From: Camelus ferus
Taxonomy: Eukaryota
NCBI RefSeq assembly: GCF_009834535.1
Contig: NC_045708.1
Span: forward strand, 31,620,001 to 31,684,000
DNA: 64,000 nucleotides
Direction of reading: 5' to 3'
Shown here: piece after piece, positions 9,921 to 21,032 of the stretch
How positions within the stretch are numbered: position 1 is the stretch's first letter
Layout: every line of letters starts with the position of its first letter
Notes under the pieces: model-generated
The model's input: only the letters and a program-made list of their open reading frames with translations
Told to the model about the DNA's origin: nothing
Database searches by the model: none
Translations under genes and position numbers: made by a program

Positions 9921-12037
9921 GCAGGTTCGAGAGGGAATGGTTGCCCAGAGGATTGGGATCTTGAGGTATTTTTGTGAGGATGGGGTCTGGGGGAGGTGTT
10001 CCTCTGGAAGGCGCTTTGAAGGTTAGGTAGGGAGTCCCGGCAGGTTTTCCTTGAAGAGGCCCTCGGTGCAGGAGAGGCCGTATCTGACTCCATGCTTTAT
10101 GCTTAAAGGTGGCCTTGCAGTTCCCTGACCAGCTGTTGGGAGATGCTGGGGCCGTGGCTGCACGACTGGAGAGGGCTACGGGGTCGAAGATGTTCATTCT
10201 GGGAGACACGGCCTATGGCAGGTGTGAACTTGAGTTTAAGGATTGGGGGTGGGGTAGGTTTAGTGATCTGGGGCTCATGGTGTTTCTCCTCTATGACAGC
10301 GTCTGCCCCAATGGCTATATTTCTCCATTATGATGACTCCTCTCCTGCTACTAGCTTTTCTCAGTGACAGCGTTTTCTTTTCGTAATGTCATTTTCTTCA
10401 CTGACCACGTGTCCCATTGATGACAGCAACTCTTCCTGATGAGAACCCCTCTCACTAATGGTATCTCCTTTGCAGCTGCTGTGTGGATGTACTGGGTGCT
10501 GAGCAAGCTGGAGCTCAGGCCCTTGTACATTTTGGCCCTGCCTGCTTAAGCCCTCCTGCCCGCCCACTGCCTGTGGCCTTCATCCTTGGTCAACGTTCTG
10601 TGGCCTTGGAACTCTGCGCTAAGGCCTTTGAAGCCCAGAACCCAGACCCTACAGTTCCTGTGGTGCTGCTGAGTGAGCCGGCCTGCGCCCATGCCCTGGG
10701 TGAGGGGTTTTGCCTGTGCATGCCACTCTGTGCCTTCATTTCCCCATTTCAGTACAGTCCCATGGAGCTCTCAATATGGGCTTGACCCCACTCTTTGCTT
10801 TTGGGTCACATTCAGTCTCCTGGGGATGAGGGGGATCCTGATTTACCAGGCCCCAACCCTGACACCACTTCCTTCTTCCAGAGGCCTTGGCCACTCTTCT
10901 GCGCCCACGGTACTCAGATCTGGTTGTCTCCAGCCCGGCTTTTCCCCTGCGAGTGGATTCCCTCAATCCAGATCCTGAACCCCTGGAGCGTTTTGGGCGC
11001 CACTTCCCCCTGGCTCCAGGGAGGTGTCTGGAAGAGTATGGTGCCTTCTATGTTGGGGGCTCTGAGTCCATTTCAGACCCTGACCATGACCCAGACCTGA
11101 GCCGGCTGCTCTTGGGCTGGGCACCAGGGCAGTCTTTCTTCTCCTGCTGCCCAGACACAGGGCAGACTCGGAATGAAGGTGCTCGGGCTGGGCGGCTCAG
11201 AGCACGTAGACACTATCTGGTAGAGAGGGCTAGAGATGCCCGTGTGGTGGGGCTGCTGGCGGGCACACTGGGTGTGGCCCAACACCGTGAGGCACTGGCA
11301 CACTTGCGGAACCTGACGCAGGCTGCCGGCAAGCGTAGCTATGTTTTGGCCCTGGGACGACCCACGCCTGCCAAGCTTGCCAACTTCCCTGAGGTGGATG
11401 TCTTTGTGCTATTGGCCTGTCCTCTGGGTGCCCTAGCCCCCCAGCCTTCTGGCAGCTTCTTCCGGCCTGTATTGACACCGTGTGAGCTGGAGGCTGCCTG
11501 CAACCCTGCCTGGCCACCTCCAGGCCTGGCTCCCCACCTCACACATTATGCAGACTTATTACCTGGTGAGTGGTGGGGGCACTGCCTAAGCTAAAAACAC
11601 TTGGGGCATGGAGTCAGGGGGCCAGTATGGATCCTCTTTCACCTTCCCTTCCAGGCTCTCCCTTCCACGTGCCCCTCCCTCCACCTGACTCAGAGCTGTG
11701 GGACACCCCAGATGTGTCACTCATTACTGGGGACCTACGACCCCCACCTGCCTGGAAGCCATCGAGTGATCCTGGATGCACAGCCCTAACGCCGCGGCCC
11801 CAACTGGAGCTGGCTGAGAGCAGCCCTGCAGGTGAGTGTGGCAAATCCCCACTCCCCTCTGAACTCTTCCCCCGGATTCAGCCCACTCAGCCTTAGCCCC
11901 CTACCTCTGCAGCCTCGTTTCTTAGTTCTCGGAGCTGGCAGGGACTACAGCCCCGCTTGGGTCAGACGCCAGTGACAGGAGCTGTGAGCGGAAGACGAGG
12001 GATTGCCATCGCCTACGAGGATGAGGGAAGCAGCTGA
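9768..12037 (+). CDS. DPH2: Diphthamide biosynthesis protein 2 (489 aa), 6 coding exons
   Basis: join(9768-9914,10109-10221,10476-10699,10882-11565,11655-11831,11913-12037) = 1470 nt, open throughout. [16 protein letters not shown]...[13 protein letters not shown]...GDTAYGSCCVD...[19 protein letters not shown]...[14 protein letters not shown]. Confidence 0.97.
10109..10221 (+). CDS. DPH2: DPH2 exon 2 (113 nt)
   Basis: ttaaag|GTGGCC...GGCAG|gtgtga; [10 protein letters not shown]...GDTAYG. Confidence 0.95.
10476..10699 (+). CDS. DPH2: DPH2 exon 3 (224 nt)
   Basis: ttgcag|CTGCTG...CCCTGG|gtgagg; [10 protein letters not shown]...ACAHAL. Confidence 0.95.
10882..11565 (+). CDS. DPH2: DPH2 exon 4 (684 nt)
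   Basis: ttccag|AGGCCT...TACCTG|gtgagt; [10 protein letters not shown]...HYADLLP. Confidence 0.95.
11655..11831 (+). CDS. DPH2: DPH2 exon 5 (177 nt)
   Basis: ttccag|GCTCTC...CTGCAG|gtgagt; [15 protein letters not shown]...AESSPA. Confidence 0.95.
11913..12037 (+). CDS. DPH2: DPH2 exon 6 CDS (125 nt to stop)
   Basis: ctgcag|CCTCGT...AGCTGA; [11 protein letters not shown]...EDEGSS*. Confidence 0.95.
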
Positions 12038-12390
12038 TACCATGTGGGACCAGAGTCACAGGTGGACTTAAGAATCACTGCTAAAACCTTTAGTGCTCCC
12101 TACATCAACCTCACCCCTCTGCCAGGATCCTTGAAGGAGACTCTCACTGAGGCAGCCCCTCACTTAGGATAGGATCCAGCTCTATCCTGTCCTTTCCTGG
12201 CACTGGCACAGGTACACAGCTTGGCAGATATTGGCTTACTAAATGCCTGTTGTTTGACTGATGGGGGGAAATGGCTTTGGGTCTTCCCTGAAGCCTTGTG
12301 GGCCAACTATCCTCCTGGGAGCAGTCCAAGACCTCTGGCCAGTCCCAGTTCCTGTTGTGCAGTCAAAGGCAGGTGCTAGATGGTCTAGAC

Positions 12391-12598
12391 CAGGGCTCTT
12401 AACCTTGGCATTATTGACACTTTGGGCCAGATANNNNNNNNNNNNNNNNNNNNNNNNNNNNNNNNNNNNNNNNNNNNNNNNNNNNNNNNNNNNNNNNNNN
12501 NNNNNNNNNNNNNNNNNNNNNNNNNNNNNNNNNNNNNNNNNNNNNNNNNNNNNNNNNNNNNNNNNNNNNNNNNNNNNNNNNNNNNTTGAGAACCACTA
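12391..12598 (+). mobile_element. MER20 (hAT-Charlie non-autonomous DNA transposon) in DPH2 3' UTR, interior hidden by N-gap
   Basis: Left end CAGGGCTCTTAACCTTGGCATTATTGACACTTTGGGCCAGATA and right end TTGAGAACCACTA match MER20 termini as recalled. Flanked by 8-bp target-site duplication GTCTAGAC (12383-12390) / GTCTATAC (12599-12606), fitting the NTCTAGAN Charlie preference. Confidence 0.85.
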
Positions 12599-12606
12599 GT
12601 CTATAC

Positions 12607-12790
12607 CTATGCTGTTCAATACAGTAGCCACATGTGGCTGTTCAAATATAAATTTGAATTAACTAAGATTAAAAACTCAGTTTCTCAGTTATACTAGTCA
12701 AATTTCAGTGCTCAGAAAGCTACATGAGAGGACAGCACAGATATAGGCCATTTCCTGACATTTCTGTCAGGCTATACTGGTCTACCCTGA
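12607..12790 (-). mobile_element. MER3/MER33-like hAT-Charlie element in DPH2 3' UTR
   Basis: CTATGCTGTTCAATACAGTAGCC-CACATGTGGCT...AAAAACTCAGTTTCTCAGT...GGACAGCACAGATATAG resembles the reverse complement of the MER3 consensus; boundaries approximate. Confidence 0.7.
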
Positions 12791-12822
12791 CTCCAGTTTG
12801 TTTCTCAGGGAACAGAAACTTG

Positions 12823-12828
12823 AATAAA
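12823..12828 (+). terminator. Likely DPH2 poly(A) signal AATAAA
   Basis: First canonical AATAAA I found after the DPH2 stop (part of the UTR is hidden by N), followed by a T-rich tract at 12836-12862. Confidence 0.75.
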
Positions 12829-13404
12829 CTAGATAATTTTTCTTCTTGTTTCTTTTTATTTGTCAAATGCTGCAGGTCTTACACAGGTCGTGTGGGTCCA
12901 GATCTGAATTGTATTTGACTGGATTCCTGTCCTCACAGTGTAGTTGGAAGAAAGGCAGTTAAAACAGGCAATTACCACACAGTGAAGCAGTATTTGTGAG
13001 GAGGGAAGTCCCCAAGGGTAGCTGAAGCCCAGAAGAGACTTACCAGAGGGAGTGTTACCCAAGCTGGATCTCTTTGAGAAAAAAAATAATTATCGGAAGA
13101 AATGGAGTGAAAAGGACATTTGGGCAAAGGGTACAGCATGCTTAAACACACAGGCATGAACTAGCATGGTGGGTGCTTCAAGCAAAGTGGAGTTGCTGGA
13201 CCCTAAAGGTTCAGAGGTATGAAGAAAACTACTCACGTCATTCCCTGCATTTGCTGAGAATTTTGGCCTATTGGCATTGTCTGGGGTGTTGAAGAAGCCA
13301 GTGAACAGGGAGATGTGGTTACTGCCCTCAAGGATTGCCCAGTCTGCTGGTGGAGGCAATTTATAAACTCAACTGTGGTAACTGGGACAAGGGTACCAAT
13401 CATG

Positions 13405-14130
13405 TTCTACAAATATGTATTGGGCACCCACTGTGTGCCAAGCACTGGAAATCCAGTGGTGAGCTCAGGGATCCTTTAACAGTGCTTACATTCTCTTGGT
13501 GGGACAAGCTAGACAATCATAACACTTAGTATGCCGAATGGTGATGAGTGCCGTGGAGAAATACAAAGCTAGGAAGGAGTGTAAGAGAGAGGGGCTTGCA
13601 ATATTAAACAGGATGGTCAGAGAGGGCCCCCCCCCCCATGTTTTATGTTTATCAGTAGTTCATTGCTTTTTATTGCTGAACATTCACCCGTAGTATAAAT
13701 ATGCTACAATTAGACTATGCATGTTGACAGAAGGGAAGGCCTTTTGAAGACAAGCAAAGACTGAGAGAAGTTACAAGTGAGCCACATGAATAGTAGGGAA
13801 AGCAGTAGGAACAAGTGCACGTGCAATGCAGTGGGATAATGACTGGTATGTACAAGGAATAGCAGGGAGGCCAGAACAGCCAGAGGAGGGAGTTAGTGGG
13901 GAAGTATTAGGGGGTGAGTCAGGTAAGAGGCATGGGGAGCAGCATCAGTAGAGGCCTAGAAGGCCACTATAAGGACTATGGCTTTTATTCCGTGGGAAAT
14001 GGGAGCCACTGAGGTATTTTAAAGAGAGTAACACCATTTTGCTTAAGTTTCATAAAGATCTCCAGGGAGGCGGGGGAGCCCAGAGCAGGCGCCCTGCCTC
14101 TGGTTGTGGAAGGAAGGCTTCCTGGAAGAA
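13405..14130 (-). mobile_element. L2 LINE fragments, with a short L1-like scrap at about 13640-13727
   Basis: ATGTATTGGGCACCCACTGTGTGCCAAGCAC (reverse L2 tail); GGAAGGCCACTATAAGGACTATGGCTTTTATTCCGTGGGAAATGGGAGCCACTGAGG; TAGTTCATTGCTTTTTATTGCTGAA (L1M-like). Confidence 0.65.
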
Positions 14131-14509
14131 TGGTATCTAAGGACCAGCAGGTGTTGGCCAGGCCCTGTAGTGAGCACAAAGAAGCGTGCTTCAGGTAGAG
14201 GAAACAGCAGGGCTCAGGGAGAGAGCAGACACTCTCACGGAGCTGGGCGGGCCGGCCAGGGACGAGGCCCGCGGGATCAGCACTGGCTTGGAGGCTAAGC
14301 TCGGGTGGAAAGCAGAGCTGGTGGGCCAGGGCAGGGAGGAGAAGGAGCGGGCGTGGAGGGATGCGAGCCGGACTGCCAGGGAGAGGGCGAGGTACTCCGT
14401 AAGGAGGGTACCCGAGCCCCTAGGGGCGCGAGACTACAACCACCACAATCCTTAAGCGCTAGCAGTTCCGGCGTCGCCAAGTACCAGACCTGCGGCGACC
14501 CGGCGTGGG

Positions 14510-14550
14510 GTCACGTGGCTCTGGTACGTCACGTGGGCGAGTCAGGTGAC
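14510..14550 (+). promoter_or_regulatory. Clustered CLEAR/E-box elements (TFEB/TFE3/MITF/USF type)
   Basis: GTCACGTGGC 14510-14519, GTCACGTGGG 14528-14537, GTCAGGTGAC 14541-14550, about 100-140 nt upstream of a V-ATPase subunit ATG; CLEAR consensus is GTCACGTGAC. Confidence 0.8.
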
Positions 14551-14647
14551 GCTGCGGGGTGGGCCGACAGATTGCGGGGCTGACGGTGGACGCAGGGACG
14601 CGGTTCAGTTCCGGACCCCCCAACCGAGCCCCGCTCTCTTTGCCGCC

Positions 14648-17567
<2,920 letters not shown>

Positions 17568-17815
17568 ATGATCTGTGTGGGTGGGGGCCGTGCCCCACTC
17601 TTATTTATGTGTGGTTTTCCCGGGACAGCTGGAGTTGTGCCCCTTAGGCTTTCAGGGGGCTCAGTGTTCAGGGCTCTCCCCACACTCCTCCCTGCGTCAA
17701 CTTGGAGGCACTGCCTGGCTGGATCCTCAGTGTGGGAATGGGCCGCTGATGACTATGTGCAGCTTTGCACCTGTGTCCCACCACCACCTGTAAACCATCT
17801 TCCCAGTGTTTGTGA

Positions 17816-17821
17816 AATAAA
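17816..17821 (+). terminator. ATP6V0B poly(A) signal AATAAA
   Basis: AATAAA about 250 nt after the stop, followed by the GT-rich GTGGTATTTGTCTG. Confidence 0.8.
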
Positions 17822-18636
17822 AGTGGTATTTGTCTGGGTCAGTGCCGCTTCTGTTGCCTTCCTTAAACACCTCCTTTCACAGAGGGAGGGTAAACAGGTC
17901 TATAAGCCTCAACCTCATGCCAGCCTCTTGCCAGCTTTCTGACTCATACACACTGTCTCTGCTCTGGACAGAGCTGGCTCTTGGGTGGGGAGGGAAGAAT
18001 GCTGGGCTGAGGACTCTAGCCCTGAACATCTTCACTGAAGGGAAGGAGGGAGTCGGGATATGGACCCAGGTGTTTGTGTGGGAGGGAGGTGTCCTTCTAG
18101 TCCCATGCCCTCAGGGCTCTTGTCAGATCAGCTGCAAGTACTCACCCTACTCTACCCTCAGGTATCCATCACCTCTTATGCCGTGGGGCTTGGAACGCAT
18201 TCATTTGCCTCCATGCATCTCAGCACCATCCCCTGTCAGTAACTAATTTGATCCCTTGTTTCCAAGGCCCTGTCCGGCTCCTCCCACTCCTGTCCAACCT
18301 CTTACCCAACCTTCTGTTACCCTGAAAGCCCCTGTCACACACTTCAGTCCACGCATTTGAGGGTCCTGTCCAACTAGCAGCCCCCTTTAATCATGTTCCT
18401 ATGGATGAGTGGATAAATCCCTGACGCCCCTGCACCTAACTTCCAAGTGCACTTTTTTGGCTGAGTTCGCGCTCCAACCCAGACCAGACTCCACTCCTCC
18501 GTAATGGGTTTGACCCATCCACACTCTGTCCGGTCCGGACTTCGAATCCAATCCCTTGGATGAGCCTGATCAATTTCTCCCGCCCCTCGCTCCGAGGCGC
18601 CTGGACGCCGGCAGGCCCGGGCGACGGAGGCGCGCT

Positions 18637-18712
18637 GCGGGTGCGGGCGCGCTGTAGGCGGGGGCCGCGGGGGCGCGGGTGCGGGCGCGCTGTAGGCGGG
18701 GGCCGCGGGGGC
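18637..18712 (+). repeat. Perfect 2 x 38-bp tandem duplication in the B4GALT2 promoter
   Basis: GCGGGTGCGGGCGCGCTGTAGGCGGGGGCCGCGGGGGC at 18637-18674 and 18675-18712, identical. Confidence 0.9.
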
Positions 18713-18967
18713 GCGCGCGCGGGCGCGCCGGCCGGGCCTGCCCCTCCGAGGAGCCGTAGCGCGGGAGGGAGGCGGCGGCGCTGTGGTCCATCGGTCCGCG
18801 GGTCCGTGGGTCTGCCCGGCCGCCCGGCCCCGCCCTGCCCCCCGGGGCGGCTCGGCTCCATGGCCCGCGGCGGCGGCAGGCGGCGGCCCGGGGGCCGCGG
18901 GGGCCGCTGACCGGGCGGCGGGAGGCGGCGGGGCCGGGCCATGGGGGACGGAGCCGTCCGCAGCCGC

Positions 18968-19003
18968 CGGAGCCCGGAACGGAGCCCGGAACGGAGCCCG
19001 GAA
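18968..19003 (+). repeat. 3 x 12-bp repeat CGGAGCCCGGAA in the B4GALT2 leader
   Basis: Three exact contiguous copies. Confidence 0.9.
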
Positions 19004-20728
19004 CCCAGCCCGAGCCGGAGCGGCACTCCCTGCTGAGCCCCGAGCGCCCGGTGAGAGCGGGGCGCGCTCAGCCCCCAGCCCGGGGCCCGGAGATTCCAGA
19101 CCCGGCCCCGCGAGGGGCGCCTGAAGCGCGGCCCCGAGATCCCCGCCCAGGACCCGGTGAGAAGCGCTGGCGGCCAGACCCCGGCCTGGCGTCACCCCAC
19201 CCTACCCCCATCCCTTGGCTCCCCCGACCTGGGCTCCTCTGCCCGCCCCCAGCCAGCCTCCCTCATTGTCCTCGCTCACCCCGGCCTCGTGGCGTGGGGA
19301 GGCGCTCTACTCACGTTACCCTTTGCCTGGGCCCCCGCCCCACATCCTCTCCCCCAATCCACGCCCCCCCTACCCCAGGCTCCACACCCACCCGGTCTTT
19401 GCTGCCTCCTAGTCTTGGGGTGCCACGTGCTCAGGCCACTCAGCCTTCCAGCCCCGCCCAAACGCACCTTGCAGCCTGGCCGGTAGCCTGACCCAGAACC
19501 GCTGCCCCGGAGGGAGGGGGTGGGAGTGTTTGCACGTGGGTCAGGGTGTTGTGAGCTGCCCAAGGGCCTGTATGTATGGCTGAGTTAAGTCCAGGAGCAG
19601 TGGCTTTGTTTATGCGTGTGTGACTCTGTGCATTTCTGTTACTGTCACCCGGGCATGTCTGTGACTGTATGTAGTTCTCTGTATGCAGGCAACTGTAGCT
19701 GGGACCGAGGGTGCCTGTGTAGTTGTGTGATACTATGGATCTGTGAGTGAGACTCACCCTGCTCCCTGAAGCAAGCCAGAAACGCTCCTAGGAGCGTTAC
19801 TGCTGTGTTGGACCCACAGCTAGAGCCAGGACCCAGGCAAGACTCTCTTCTAACATGCTGTCTCCAGGGCCCAAGCGTTCCCCTTTCTGGGAATTAGAAC
19901 CAGAGGTGCTGGGCAGGCCCTGGGGAGTTCATCCCAATCCTTGAGGTATTAGGGAAGGGGTGTCCCATGCCCCACCCTGTATTTTGACCTCTTGCTCCAG
20001 AGGGAAGGGATCCCATAAACATCTTGTTCAAATTTGGGCCGCCTGGATGCTGAGGGCCACTTCCTAACCTGGTCCCAGATGGCCTGACCTGCTTGCCACT
20101 GGGAGCTGTCCAACCAAACCACTGTCCACCATGTTCTCAGGAGGACTAAATGAAGCCATGAGTACAAAGCACTCTAGCATGGTAGGTACTCGGTAAATGG
20201 TCTCCCTTCCCCAGGTCTTGAGTCCTGGGTTGAGGATGCTGGCCTATGGGATGTTTGTTCTCTGGGGCACAGAGAACACTTGTGGATCTGTAGGTAAACG
20301 TGTTTCCGTGTTCATGTATGAACCAGTGTGATCAGAGGTCACATGTCCATGTTCCTGGGCATCCACGGGGGCATGTGTGAAGTTGTGCCGTGAGGACACA
20401 TACCTGAGTGTGAGGGTGCACGAGGCTGTACTTGTGTGTGTGTGTGAGTGAGGACAAGGAAGGTAGGCATGTGTGGGTTAGTGCTCAGGTGTATACAGGT
20501 GTTTGAGTAGTGAGTTGCCAGGGAGTGTGTCATGTGTGTGTTTGTTGTAAGTCTGTGAGTGTCAAAGCATGAGGATGTGGGTCTGAGAGTATGAACAGTG
20601 GGCAAGAGGTAGGTGGGTGGCCTTGCCCCCTCCAGTCCTGACCTGCTGGGTCTGTTTCTCTCCTACCCCTGCCCAGGCCGGCGGCCGGATGCCCGGGCCC
20701 ATTGGGCGGGCCGGTGGCCGCCTGCGGG

Positions 20729-21032
20729 ATGAGCAGACTGCTGGGGGGGACGCTGGAGCGCGTCTGCAAGGCCGTGCTCCTTCTCTGCCTGCTGCACTTC
20801 CTTGTGGCCGTCATCCTCTACTTTGACGTCTACGCCCAGCACTTGGCCTTCTTCAGCCGCTTCAGTGTGCGCGGCCCCACCCGTGCCCTCCACCCAGTTG
20901 CCAGCAGCAGCACCAACTGCTCTCGGCCTAACACCACTGTCCCCAGCTCCGGGCTTCCTGAGGCTCCCAGCGCCCGGCCAGGCCCCACGGCTCCTGTCCT
21001 GCCACCCTGTCCTGACTCGCCACCTGGTCTTG
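20729..21032 (+). CDS. B4GALT2: B4GALT2 first coding exon (304 nt CDS; exon starts at 20677)
   Basis: gggATGAGC; donor CTTG|gtgagc; MSRLLGGTLERVCK...SPPGL. Confidence 0.95.

Larger units (their letters stand above)
18530..19500 (+). promoter_or_regulatory. B4GALT2 CpG island and non-coding first exon(s); donors at 19051 and 19157
   Basis: Very high GC/CpG; CCCG|GTGAGA donors at 19050/19051 and 19156/19157; matching acceptor gcccag|GCC at 20676/20677. TSS not resolvable from sequence. Confidence 0.7.

Noticed and set aside
18536-18552. TTCGAATCC resembling a tRNA T-loop / B box
   Set aside because: No A box, stems or cloverleaf around it
18374-19195. 273-aa minus-strand ORF and other long ORFs over the B4GALT2 CpG island
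   Set aside because: Ala/Pro/Arg/Gly low-complexity products expected from stop-poor GC-rich DNA; no recognisable domain
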